In this document: positions 9,962-19,399 of the stretch, piece by piece
How positions within the stretch are numbered: position 1 is the first letter of the stretch
How the letters are laid out: the number at the start of each line of letters is the position of its first letter
Assembly: GCA_963665845.2 (NCBI GenBank)
Contig: OY762492.1
Location: 1,952,001 to 2,016,000 of the forward strand
Source of the DNA: Candidatus Poribacteria bacterium
GTDB taxonomy: Bacteria > Poribacteria > WGA-4E > GCA-2687025
DNA length: 64,000 bases
Reading direction: 5' to 3'
Translations under genes and position numbers: made by a program
The notes under the pieces: generated by a model
Seen by the model: the letters and a program-made list of their open reading frames with translations, nothing else
What the model was told of the DNA's origin: nothing
Database searches by the model: none

Positions 9962-11345
9962 CGCGGACGCGCGCCTGTTGACGGCTCAGCTCCTGCTTCA
10001 GCTGCGTGACAATCAGCGCGTAGTCGGGGTGCCGGTAGACGTTGTTCATCTCGCGCGGATCCTCATGCAGATCGAACAGCTCCCATTCCGGCGGCGTCGC
10101 TTCGCCGCGCGTGCCGGGGTTGTCGAGCGGATCGCCGTAGTAGTAGATCAGCTTGTAGCGGTGCGTTCGCAAGCCGTAGTGCGCCGCCACATTGTGATGC
10201 GCCCCATGCATCCAGTACCTGTAGTACATGGAGGTCTGCCAGTCCTCCGGGACGGCGCCTTCCAGTATCGGGCGGAAGCTGCTGCCTTGCCACGGGATCG
10301 GAATGTCGATCTCGGCGTAATCCAGGAAGGTCGGCGCGAAGTCGACATTCAGGATCATCTCGTCTGTCACGACGCCCGGCTCAATCCCGGCGGGGTAGCG
10401 GACGATGAACGGCATGCGCAGCGACTCTTCATACATGAACCGCTTGTCGTACCAGCCGTGGTCGCCGAGGAAGAAGCCCTGATCGGAGGTGTAGACGACG
10501 ATCGTCTCTTCGGCGATGTCCTCCTCTTCGAGGTAGTCCAGCAGCCGTCCGACATTGTCATCGATGGAGGCGACGCAGCGCAGGTAGTCCTTGATGTACT
10601 TCTGGTATTTCCAGCGCGTCTCATCCTCTTCGCTGAGTCCCTCTGGTACCGGCTCCCCTTTCAGGTCGCGTTCGTTCAGGTCGCGGCTGACGCGCATTTC
10701 CGCGTTCTTTGCCGCGGCGGCGCGGTTGGAGTAGTCGTCGAACAGGTTGTCCGGTTCAGGGATGTCCTCGTCGGCGTACATGTCCGCATGTTTTTCATCA
10801 GGGTCCCACGGGCGGTGCGGCGCCTTGTGGTGGCACATCAGCAGAAACGGCTTCTCCGGGTCGCGGTTGCGCATCCATTCCAGCGACAGGTCGGCGATGA
10901 TGTCGGTCGTGTAACCTTCGTAGTTTTTCCGCTCGCCCATGTCGATCATGACAGGGTCATGGTAGGCGCCTTGCCCCGGCAGGACGTTCCAGTAGTCGAA
11001 CCCTGTCGGGTCGTTGGCGCCGCCGTGTCCGAGATGCCACTTGCCGATCATGGCGGTCTGGTAGCCGTGGCGCTGGAGCAGCTGCGGGAAGGTGAGCTGC
11101 CGTCCGTCCAGCGGCGTCGCCAGGGTGGTGACTCGGTTCACATGGTTGTAGGTGCCGGTCAGGATCGTCGCGCGGCTGGGCGAACAGATCGAGTTGGTGC
11201 AGAAGCAGTTGTTGAACAGTATGCCTTCCTGGGCGATACGGTCCAGGTTCGGGGTGGCGTTGATGCGGCTCCCGTAGCAGCTCATGGCATGGGAGGCGTG
11301 GTCGTCCGACATGATGAACAAGATGTTTGGTCGGGTGTCAGCCAA
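9933..11345 (-). CDS. Sulfatase (formylglycine-dependent; N-acetylglucosamine-6-sulfatase-like)
   Basis: PNILFIMSDDH; CSPSRATILTG; GKWHLG; KAPHRPW; YTSDQGFFLGDHGWYDKR. Confidence 0.95.
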   Translation of the reverse strand: MADTRPNILFIMSDDHASHAMSCYGSRINATPNLDRIAQEGILFNNCFCTNSICSPSRATILTGTYNHVNRVTTLATPLDGRQLTFPQLLQRHGYQTAMIGKWHLGHGGANDPTGFDYWNVLPGQGAYHDPVMIDMGERKNYEGYTTDIIADLSLEWMRNRDPEKPFLLMCHHKAPHRPWDPDEKHADMYADEDIPEPDNLFDDYSNRAAAAKNAEMRVSRDLNERDLKGEPVPEGLSEEDETRWKYQKYIKDYLRCVASIDDNVGRLLDYLEEEDIAEETIVVYTSDQGFFLGDHGWYDKRFMYEESLRMPFIVRYPAGIEPGVVTDEMILNVDFAPTFLDYAEIDIPIPWQGSSFRPILEGAVPEDWQTSMYYRYWMHGAHHNVAAHYGLRTHRYKLIYYYGDPLDNPGTRGEATPPEWELFDLHEDPREMNNVYRHPDYALIVTQLKQELSRQQARVRDAAYQERRD

Positions 11346-11366
11346 ATGGGTCTCCTTACGTGTTGC

Positions 11367-12629
11367 TTAGCGAATGCCCGCTTGCCGCTTGAGCTTTTCG
11401 TTGCCCAGGCGCGTCACGGGCGGGGTGTGCGATTCGGGCTTGCCGAGCTCCGCCTCGGCGCGTTCAGGCGTCCATAGGTCGCCCGCGCGCGCTGCGGCGC
11501 ATGCTTTCAGCCGTAACCTTCCGATCTCTTCAATTCCATGAGTATCCACAAAAACGGTCTCTTCTTCAACCAATTCAAACACGCTCACATCGGCGGCGCC
11601 GCCGACGCGCAGCGTTCCAATCTCCTTTTCCAGTCCGACCGCCGCCGCGGGAGCGCGCGTGACGGCATGAATCACGTCGGTTAGGCGCATGCCGAGGTTC
11701 AAAAACTTGGACGCGGTCGTCGGCAGATCGAACGCCGGACCATGAACGCTCAAACTATGCAGGTCGCTGCTGATCACATCCGGCAAAAAGCCCTGCTCAA
11801 TGGCGCGCCGCCCCGTCGGATAATGAAAACTGCCGGAACCATGCCCTACATCGAACAGGACGCCGCGCTTCCGCGCCTCCAGAACATGCGGCAGCAGCGA
11901 GTCGTCCGTTTGCAGGATCGTGTCGCCGCGCCCTTGGAAGCAATGCGTCACAATGTCCCCAGGACGCAGCAGGTTCAGGACATCCGGCAGCGGAACGCCC
12001 GCGGCGATATGCGCCATGACGCGCGTCTGCGCCATTTCCGCAGCGGCGACGGCGAGGCGCAGCGGCTCCACGCCGTTTTGACCGACCTGCGCCGCCCCTT
12101 GCCGCACCTTGATTCCGACGACCGTTTCAGGGTATTCCAGCGCCGTCTGCGCTGTCAGCTCCGCATCGGCGAAGCGCAGATCCTCCATCTCGCCGACGAG
12201 CGGATAGGTCAAGCCGATGCCGGAGATATGAACGAAGGCGTAGATTCGCGCGGCGGAGGGCTGGGCGATGAACGCCTCGAAGCCGGGAAAATTCGCCCAG
12301 CCCGCCGAGCCGGCGTCCACCGCCGCCGTGACGCCCGACGCGAGACAGAGCGGATCGGGCAGAACGCCCCAGGTGGTCGCGCCCCAGTAAGCGTGCGTGT
12401 GCAGGTCAACCCAGCCGGGGGTGACGATCTTGCCGCGGCAATCGAAGACGCGGTCGTTCTCTTGCGCGTCAATGCTCTTTTCGATGGCGTCAATGCGCCC
12501 GTTGCGGAGAGCGACATCGGCGGCGGCGTCGATACCGGCGCCAGGGTCGATAACGCGCCCGCCTTTCAGGAGCAGTCGGGGAGATTGTTCAGGTTGAGTT
12601 TTTCGCAAAGGCTTTGACCGCCCTTTCAT
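11367..12629 (-). CDS. Amidohydrolase/deacetylase family metallohydrolase (dihydroorotase-like)
   Basis: PGWVDLHTH; DAGSAG; GDIVTH; DVGHG; ISSDLH. Confidence 0.9.
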   Translation of the reverse strand: MKGRSKPLRKTQPEQSPRLLLKGGRVIDPGAGIDAAADVALRNGRIDAIEKSIDAQENDRVFDCRGKIVTPGWVDLHTHAYWGATTWGVLPDPLCLASGVTAAVDAGSAGWANFPGFEAFIAQPSAARIYAFVHISGIGLTYPLVGEMEDLRFADAELTAQTALEYPETVVGIKVRQGAAQVGQNGVEPLRLAVAAAEMAQTRVMAHIAAGVPLPDVLNLLRPGDIVTHCFQGRGDTILQTDDSLLPHVLEARKRGVLFDVGHGSGSFHYPTGRRAIEQGFLPDVISSDLHSLSVHGPAFDLPTTASKFLNLGMRLTDVIHAVTRAPAAAVGLEKEIGTLRVGGAADVSVFELVEEETVFVDTHGIEEIGRLRLKACAAARAGDLWTPERAEAELGKPESHTPPVTRLGNEKLKRQAGIR

Positions 12630-12866
12630 AGCATACAGCGACGCCGCCTAGTTTAGCATAGATTGGAGCAGAATGCGTTTCTATGTTCATGGCGCGGGCG
12701 GAAGGGCGGGAAGGCGGGGTTTGCCCGCCCGTTATTCTTCGGCGGGGGCGTTCTCCTTCGTCGGCGCGCCTGCCCCAACTAAAGCCGCAAGGTCAAACGC
12801 GAAGGACTCGCGCTCTGTCCAAAAGAGATATACAATAACAAAAAAAACGGCACTGGAGCGAAAGCG

Positions 12867-13625
12867 ATGGAGCGCATCTTTCACCCATATGCGTTTGGCG
12901 AACGGGAAAAGCGGAGGATGGATCATGACGGGCATTATCTGCTGCCAGGCGTCATGACGCAGACGGCGCAGGAAAAAATGACGGAAGCGCTGCGCAGCGT
13001 CCAACAGCTGAGCGCGCAAACAGGACCCGACGAACCGCGCCATCCGCAGCGATATTCCGCCGAATGGAACGAGTATCTTGCGAGCCTGATTGCCCATCCG
13101 CAACTGCTTGAACTGGCGCGGCGCATCCTCGGCGAAAACATCCGCTACGATCATTGCGTCGCGCTGAACCGACCGGGCGGCAACGGCGGCATCGGCTGGC
13201 ATAGCCACGCTTACAGCGACGACGACCCGTCCCTCGGCTTTGCGCGCATCTTCTTTTATGTGAACGGCTTTGAACCTGGGGACGGCGGCTTGAAGGTGTC
13301 GGCGGGGAGCCATCTGTATCGGGACGCGCGCATTCATGGGGGAACCGACGACGACCTGCGCAGCGGCTGGCTGTCGGGGAAAACGCATCTGAAGACAGGC
13401 GAACCGCTGTCGATACAGGAGCTGTCGGCGCCGGCGGGAACGGTCGCGCTCATGTGGACGCACGCCGCCCATGCGGTGAGTCCGCGCCGGCAAGGCAGCC
13501 CGACCCGCTGGACGGTTGTCTACGCATACCGCAACCCAGGGCGCCCGTCCGGCGCGCGCTGGATCGGCGAAGCGTTTGAAAAGAACCCGCCGCCCGGCGC
13601 CGAAGGCCTCATGAGTTTGATGTAG
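12867..13625 (+). CDS. PhyH-like Fe(II)/2-oxoglutarate dioxygenase family protein
   Basis: DGHYLLPGV; GGLKVSAGSHL; AGTVALMWTHAAH; distal Arg in PTRW. Confidence 0.8.
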   Translation: MERIFHPYAFGEREKRRMDHDGHYLLPGVMTQTAQEKMTEALRSVQQLSAQTGPDEPRHPQRYSAEWNEYLASLIAHPQLLELARRILGENIRYDHCVALNRPGGNGGIGWHSHAYSDDDPSLGFARIFFYVNGFEPGDGGLKVSAGSHLYRDARIHGGTDDDLRSGWLSGKTHLKTGEPLSIQELSAPAGTVALMWTHAAHAVSPRRQGSPTRWTVVYAYRNPGRPSGARWIGEAFEKNPPPGAEGLMSLM

Positions 13626-13697
13626 GCAGGCGGCGGAAGCGATGTAGGTTGACTTTAAGCCGCATGGCGCGCTACATAATTATTTGGAGGAAATGAT

Positions 13698-14984
13698 ATG
13701 AAAGAAGCGTTTGAAGGGTTCGCCTACCGCAACGGTGAACTGTATTGCGACGACGCGCCGGTCGCCGAGATCTGCGAGCGGTACGGCACCCCGCTTTACA
13801 TCTATAGCTACGGGGCGTTGACCGGTCGGTTTCGACGGCTGCGGGAGGCGTTTTCAAGTGTGGACGCGACGATCTGTTACTCGGTCAAATCGAACTCGAA
13901 CATCGCGGTCATACGGGCGTTGGCCCGGGAGGGCGCGGGGGCGGACATCGTTTCTGTCGGCGAACTGCGCCGCGCCTTGACCGCCGGCGTTGACCCGCAA
14001 AAGATCGTCTTTGCGGGCGTCGGCAAAACGGAGGCGGAGATCGCGGAGGCGCTGGAGGCCGACATCTTGGCGTTCGCGGTCGAGTCGGCGCCGGAAGCGT
14101 ATGCGGTCGGTAGAGTCGCCGAGAAAGCGGGCAAGCGCGCTCCCATCACGCTGCGCATCAACCCCGATGTTGACGCGAAGACGCATAAGCACACGACAAC
14201 AGGCAAAAAAGGCGTCAAATTCGGCGTGGACATCGACGCCGCGCCGCGTCTCTTCAAGGAGCTGGAAAACCATGCGCATCTGGACATATGCGGGGCGCAT
14301 ATTCATCTCGGCTCGCCTGTCACGACGATTGAGGCGTATGAAGCGGCGATGGAGAAGGCGGTCGCGCTGGTTGCGGAGCTGCGGGAAAACGGGTCGCGCT
14401 CGCTCCGCCTGCTGAATATGGGCGGCGGGCTGCCGATTGTCTATAAAGACGAAAAGGAGCTGGACCTGAACGCATACGCGCGGGTCATGATGGACGGCGC
14501 GGAGAAGACAGGCTGCCGCCTGGCGCTGGAGCCGGGGCGGTATATCAGCGGCAATTCCGGCATACTGTGCGCCCGCGTACTTTACCGAAAAGAGACCGAT
14601 CATAAAACATTCATCATCGTCGACGGCGCGATGAACGACCTGATACGCCCCTCGTTTTACGGCAGCTGGCATGAGATGCGCCCAGTGAAGCGGCGCGGAC
14701 GGGAGATCGAAACGGTGGACGTCGTCGGTCCGATCTGCGAATCGGGCGATTTTTTGGCGAAAGACCGCTCCCTGCCGCGCATGGAGGAGGGGGAAACGCT
14801 TGCCGTTTTCAGCGCAGGCGCATACGGATTCGCCATGTCCTCCAACTACAATTCCAGACCGAGAGCGGCTGAAGCGATGACCATCGGCGGCGAGGCGCTG
14901 CTCATACGCGAGCGCGAAACGCTGGAAGATTTGACAAGAGGCGAACGAATCCCTGAAATCTTACTAGACAAGAAAGAGAGCTGA
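13698..14984 (+). CDS. lysA: Diaminopimelate decarboxylase
   Basis: YGTPLYIY; YSVKSN; HIHLGS; EPGR; GPICESGD; GAYGFAMSSNYNSRPR. Confidence 0.97.
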   Translation: MKEAFEGFAYRNGELYCDDAPVAEICERYGTPLYIYSYGALTGRFRRLREAFSSVDATICYSVKSNSNIAVIRALAREGAGADIVSVGELRRALTAGVDPQKIVFAGVGKTEAEIAEALEADILAFAVESAPEAYAVGRVAEKAGKRAPITLRINPDVDAKTHKHTTTGKKGVKFGVDIDAAPRLFKELENHAHLDICGAHIHLGSPVTTIEAYEAAMEKAVALVAELRENGSRSLRLLNMGGGLPIVYKDEKELDLNAYARVMMDGAEKTGCRLALEPGRYISGNSGILCARVLYRKETDHKTFIIVDGAMNDLIRPSFYGSWHEMRPVKRRGREIETVDVVGPICESGDFLAKDRSLPRMEEGETLAVFSAGAYGFAMSSNYNSRPRAAEAMTIGGEALLIRERETLEDLTRGERIPEILLDKKES

Positions 14985-14985
14985 T

Positions 14986-15813
14986 ATGTCCATTTCATTC
15001 ACAAAGATGAGCGGCGCCGGCAACGATTTTGTCGTCATCGACAACCGCGCCGGTCAAATCGAAGCGTCCGCCGAATTTGTGGCGAAGGTATGTTCCCGCC
15101 GGGTGTCAGTCGGCGCGGACGGCCTCCTGCTCGTTGAATCGCCGGAGGATCCGTCGGAAGCCGATTTTCGAATGCGCTACTTCAACGCGGATGGCGGCGA
15201 AGCGGAAACCTGCGGCAACGGCGCCCGATGCATCGCCCGCTTCGCTTTTTTGAACGGCGTTGCCGACAAAACGATGCATTTTGAAACGCTTGCAGGGGTC
15301 TATTCGGCGGAGATTGCCGGCGGCAATGTGCTTCTTGGACTCGGCGATCCGCGCGACATACGGCTCGATTTTCCGTTGGAACTGGAGGAGGGCGAAGCGG
15401 TCGCCTCGTTTGCAAACACAGGCGTTCCGCATGCGGTGCGCTTCATGGACGAGATCGATTCCATCGATGTGCCGGCGGCGGGGCGCGAAATGCGTTACCA
15501 TGAAGCGTTCGGACAGGCGGGCGCCAACGCCAACTTTGTCCGCGTCGAAGACGAACAGACGCTGCGAACCCGAACCTATGAGCGCGGCGTCGAAGATGAA
15601 ACCTTAGCATGCGGAACGGGAGCTGTCGCCTCGGCGGTGACAGCCGCTCTGCAGGACAAGGTACGCCCGCCCGTCACGGTGCGCGTCAAAGGCGGATTCG
15701 ATCTGATCGTCCATTTTGAACTGAACGGCGGCGCGGCAAGCAATATCCGCTTGGAAGGCGACGCCCGCGTCGTTTTCACCGGCGAACTAAGCAAGGAAGC
15801 CTGGAGCTACTGA
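14986..15813 (+). CDS. dapF: Diaminopimelate epimerase
   Basis: KMSGAGNDF; CGNGARC; GVPH; YERGVEDETLACGTG. Confidence 0.97.
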   Translation: MSISFTKMSGAGNDFVVIDNRAGQIEASAEFVAKVCSRRVSVGADGLLLVESPEDPSEADFRMRYFNADGGEAETCGNGARCIARFAFLNGVADKTMHFETLAGVYSAEIAGGNVLLGLGDPRDIRLDFPLELEEGEAVASFANTGVPHAVRFMDEIDSIDVPAAGREMRYHEAFGQAGANANFVRVEDEQTLRTRTYERGVEDETLACGTGAVASAVTAALQDKVRPPVTVRVKGGFDLIVHFELNGGAASNIRLEGDARVVFTGELSKEAWSY

Positions 15814-16523
15814 TGCGCTCATCGAACATGTCCGCAGCCCGCCAAGCGATGTCCCCCGTCTTGACAACGTCGATGGAGGATTACATCAAAACGATCTACA
15901 AGGCGCAGCGGCGGCATGGCAGGGCGACAACGGTTCTGATTGCGGATCGAATGCAGGTCTCCGCGGCGTCCGTAACCAAAATGCTCAAACGGTTGGCGCG
16001 GTTCGATCTGGCGCTTTATGAGCCGTATCAGGGGGCGGAGCTGACCGAGACGGGGCGATGCATCGCGCTGGAAATCATCCGCCATCATCGGCTTCTGGAG
16101 CTATACCTGGCGGAGCGGATGGGGTATTCGTGGGACGAGGTGGACGCCGAAGCGGAGGCGCTGGAGCATGTGATCTCGGAGGCGTTTGAGGCGCGGATCG
16201 ACGCCCTGCTCGGCTATCCCGACACCGACCCGCATGGGCATCCAATACCGTCCCGCGAGGGGCATATACGCGACGACGCGCTTTACACGCCGTTAGACCA
16301 GATCGAAGCGGGCGAACAGGCGGTCGTCCGCCGCGTCTCCGACCGCGATTCATGCCGTCTGCGCCGTTTTGGCGATCTGGGGCTGTTTCCCGGCAGGAGC
16401 GTTCATGTGCTGGCGTTTGAAGCGGGGCGGCTGCAGATGCGCGTCGCCGGCAGCGCGCAAGAGATGGAGAGCGCCCTGGCGGAAGGCGTCTATGTGGAGC
16501 GCGCGGCGCCGAAACCTGTATGA
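15813..16523 (+). CDS. DtxR/MntR metal-dependent transcriptional regulator with FeoA-like C-terminal domain
   Basis: EDYIKTIY; IIRHHRLLELYL; AEALEH; DPHGHPIP. Confidence 0.93.
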   Translation: MRSSNMSAARQAMSPVLTTSMEDYIKTIYKAQRRHGRATTVLIADRMQVSAASVTKMLKRLARFDLALYEPYQGAELTETGRCIALEIIRHHRLLELYLAERMGYSWDEVDAEAEALEHVISEAFEARIDALLGYPDTDPHGHPIPSREGHIRDDALYTPLDQIEAGEQAVVRRVSDRDSCRLRRFGDLGLFPGRSVHVLAFEAGRLQMRVAGSAQEMESALAEGVYVERAAPKPV

Positions 16524-16533
16524 ACGGAAACGG

Positions 16534-17403
16534 ATGAGCGGATCGAACGTCCATATTGAGAACGAGGATTGCCGCGTCGGGATGAAGCGTCTTGCCGACA
16601 ATTCCGTCTCGCTCATTTTGACCGACCCGCCCTATTTCCTAGACGGCATGGGCGCGGACTGGGACGCGGCAAAGTTGAAGCGGCGCGTCAAAAAAGGGGT
16701 CGTCGGCTCCTTGCCGGCGGGTATGAAGTTTTCGGCGCGGCAGGGGCTTGACCTGCAGCGTTTCTTGACGCCGGTCGCCCGCGAGTGGATGCGCGTCATT
16801 CGCCCGGGCGGCTTCTGCCTCGTGTTTAGCCAGAACCGCTTGGCGCATCGGGCGGCGGTGGCGCTGGAGGAGGCTGGTTTTGAAATACGCGACATGCTGC
16901 TCTGGCGGTATGAGGGGCAGGCGAAGGCGTTTTCACAGGAGCATTGGGTGCGGAAGCGGAAACTGCCGGACGCCGAAAAGAAGCGGCTGATACGCAAACT
17001 GGGCGGACGCAAAACGGCGCAGCTGAAACCGCAGGGAGAGATGATCGTTCTAGGGCAGGCGCCGGTTGAGGGGACGCTGGTCGACAACTGGGACCGCTGG
17101 GAGACGGGCTTGATCGATGTCAGCTCGCCGCTCATCCATCCCGATCAGTTTCCAGGAACGGTCATACAGGTCGACAAGCCGAAGGAGCGGCATGGGCATA
17201 TGACGCCGAAGCCTGTCGCGCTGCTTCAACATCTCATACGCATCTTTTCGGCGCCGGGGTCGCTGGTACTGGACGCATTCGCTGGGTCGGGTTCTACGGG
17301 TGTGGCGGCGAAGCGGGAAGGGCGCGCGTTTATTGGTTATGAGATCGAGGCGGAAACGGCCGCGGGCGCGCAGGCGCGAATCAGGAGTACATTAAATGCA
17401 TGA
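16534..17403 (+). CDS. Site-specific DNA methyltransferase (N4-C/N6-A, beta class)
   Basis: TDPPY precedes HMTPKP and VLDAFAGSGSTG. Confidence 0.9.
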   Translation: MSGSNVHIENEDCRVGMKRLADNSVSLILTDPPYFLDGMGADWDAAKLKRRVKKGVVGSLPAGMKFSARQGLDLQRFLTPVAREWMRVIRPGGFCLVFSQNRLAHRAAVALEEAGFEIRDMLLWRYEGQAKAFSQEHWVRKRKLPDAEKKRLIRKLGGRKTAQLKPQGEMIVLGQAPVEGTLVDNWDRWETGLIDVSSPLIHPDQFPGTVIQVDKPKERHGHMTPKPVALLQHLIRIFSAPGSLVLDAFAGSGSTGVAAKREGRAFIGYEIEAETAAGAQARIRSTLNA

Positions 17404-18265
17404 GTTTCATTCCGACCTGTATGAACAGCTGCGCACAAAGCGCAACGAATTGGCAAGGGAGAAGAGAGTCCGTCCATATTTTATCCTTGCAAACAGGTCT
17501 TTGGAGGAAATGGCAACCGATTTGCCGCAAACTCAAGAAGAATTTGCAAATATCTGGGGGATTGGTCCCATTACAATCCAATATGCCGGTGTTTTTTTAC
17601 CGATCATCCGTCAATACTGCAAAGAGCATGCGCTGCGCGCTGATGCTCCGATTGAGTTTCAGTACGCGCTTTTTGAGCTGCTTCGACTGAGGCGCATAGA
17701 AGTCGCCAGACGAGACAATACAAACGATCTGCAAGTCTTTCGGGACAGAACGCTGGAAGATTTAGCGACTCATCTGCCGAAGACCAGAGAAGAATTTAGG
17801 CAAATTTGGGGCGTTGATGAAGGGCGGACAGCGCGGTACGCCGACGACTTCCTTCCGATCATCCGTCAATACTGCGGGGAAACGAACGAGCCGCCTCTTC
17901 AGCAGGTCGCCGAATCGTCCGTCGCATTCGATCAAAATCCTACGGCTATTATCTCTGTCGAGGAGGAACAGTACGCAGACCCAAACGAATACGCCCCTAG
18001 GCTGTACGAACTGCTAAGGGATGAACGCGATCGGATTCCCGAGAGGGTCAATGCGTTTCAGGACAGAACATTGAAGCAGATGGCAGCTTATCTCCCGCAA
18101 ACAGAAAGCGAATTTTTAAATATCGATAGGATCGGATCCTTGTTAACGGAAAGGTACGCAGACAGGTTTTTGCCGATCATACGCGATTTTTGCAGAGAAA
18201 ACGGCATTTCATACGACCGCATCGAACCCCGCCAGCGAGAATTGCTAGACTGGCTCCGGAGATAA
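17396..18265 (+). CDS. Stand-alone protein with three tandem HRDC domains
   Basis: Three RecQ-HRDC-like units of form L(Y/F)ExLR...R(S/T)LxxxAxxLPxTxxEF...FLPIIRx(Y/F)C. Confidence 0.85.
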   Translation: MHEFHSDLYEQLRTKRNELAREKRVRPYFILANRSLEEMATDLPQTQEEFANIWGIGPITIQYAGVFLPIIRQYCKEHALRADAPIEFQYALFELLRLRRIEVARRDNTNDLQVFRDRTLEDLATHLPKTREEFRQIWGVDEGRTARYADDFLPIIRQYCGETNEPPLQQVAESSVAFDQNPTAIISVEEEQYADPNEYAPRLYELLRDERDRIPERVNAFQDRTLKQMAAYLPQTESEFLNIDRIGSLLTERYADRFLPIIRDFCRENGISYDRIEPRQRELLDWLRR

Positions 18266-18373
18266 ACGCATGCCCCGCCGCAGGCGCGCAGGCGCGAATA
18301 GAGGGCGCGACGCTGGCAGATAGTACGCTCATGCGATGTGATTCATTTTGCGTGACGGCCCGCCGATCCAGAC

Positions 18374-18463
18374 CGTCATTCCCGCGTAAGCGGGAATCTA
18401 GAGGCGCCGCAGAAACCGTCCGCGCCCGCCCGCTGTCATGCCCAACTAACGACGTAAGGTCAG
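18374..18463. mobile_element. CGTC REP plus MITE-like element end
   Basis: CGTCATTCCCGCGTAAGCGGGAATC ... ATGCCCAACTAACGACGTAAGGTCAG. Confidence 0.7.
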
Positions 18464-18473
18464 AGGTCAAACG

Positions 18474-18506
18474 TTGTTTGAAATTTTTGACGGTCTATAC
18501 TATAGT
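18474..18506 (+). promoter_or_regulatory. Sigma70-like promoter
   Basis: TTGAAA(18478)-17 nt-TATAGT, or overlapping TTGTTT(18474)-16 nt-TATACT. Confidence 0.6.
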
Positions 18507-18549
18507 TGTTTTAACTAAAAAAATGGGCATACATGCAACGGAGAGCAAC

Positions 18550-19368
18550 ATGCGCAAAATCGTCTACAGCGTCTGCGCCGCGCTCATGCTCGCGGCAACA
18601 TGCGCCGAGCAAAAAGCGCAGGCGAACGCTGGACAGATGGCTGTCTTTTACGACAATGTGGGATGGATCGCCGCCGGCAAAGCGAAAGAGGTCGGAGACG
18701 CGATCATCGCAGGCGTCAAATCGTTCCAAAACCCGAAAGCGTACGACCTGGACGGCGTCGCCGAATGGGTTGAACAAAACACAGGGGACGGCGACGTCGA
18801 TTGCCTCGTGATGTTCGGGTACACGCCCCAGACCATCTACACGCCTGGGAATGCCGATCCGGACGGATCCCTGGTCGAAGAGTTTATCGACGACGGCAAC
18901 TTCGTCATGAACACCGCCGACTACATCTTCTATGTTACGCAAGGCGGAGGGGCGAACGCGGTGCAAGGACTTCAGAACATCACCGACTCCACCTTCGACA
19001 TGTGGACGGACGGCAACGCCATCAAGCCGACCGCCGACGGAGAAAAATACACCCCCAGCCTCGGCAACTTCACCTCCAACAGGTCCTTCAAACCAGGTCA
19101 AATCGAGGCGGACGACAATTGGGAAATCGAGGTTGCTTTCGGGTCGGGACCGCTGGGGATTGACCCCGCTATCATCCGCCACACAGAAACCGGCGGGCGC
19201 GTCGGCATCTGGATGCAGGTCGTCAACGACGGCTTGAACCGCGCCGACGTCGCGCTTGACATCTTCAACAACTGGGTTCCCGAAACGATAGAGCCGCAGT
19301 CGGTCGATCCGATCGGCAAATCGGCTGCGTTGTGGGGCAACCTGAAGCGCCAGCGCGCCGCAAGATAA
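18550..19368 (+). CDS. Secreted protein of unknown function with C-terminal VDPxGK...WGxLK motif (paralog 1)
   Basis: Signal peptide MRKIVYSVCAALMLAA; ends SVDPIGKSAALWGNLKRQRAAR. Confidence 0.85.
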   Translation: MRKIVYSVCAALMLAATCAEQKAQANAGQMAVFYDNVGWIAAGKAKEVGDAIIAGVKSFQNPKAYDLDGVAEWVEQNTGDGDVDCLVMFGYTPQTIYTPGNADPDGSLVEEFIDDGNFVMNTADYIFYVTQGGGANAVQGLQNITDSTFDMWTDGNAIKPTADGEKYTPSLGNFTSNRSFKPGQIEADDNWEIEVAFGSGPLGIDPAIIRHTETGGRVGIWMQVVNDGLNRADVALDIFNNWVPETIEPQSVDPIGKSAALWGNLKRQRAAR

Positions 19369-19399
19369 AACGCGCGCAACAACTAAGGAGAAAGCGCCA

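Noticed and set aside
18190-18549. N-terminal extension of ORF 18190-19368 (similarly 4653, 16369, 20713 and 25383 starts)
   Set aside because: Extensions run through REPs, promoters or neighbouring genes; downstream starts fit signal peptides, RBS positions or domain boundaries better
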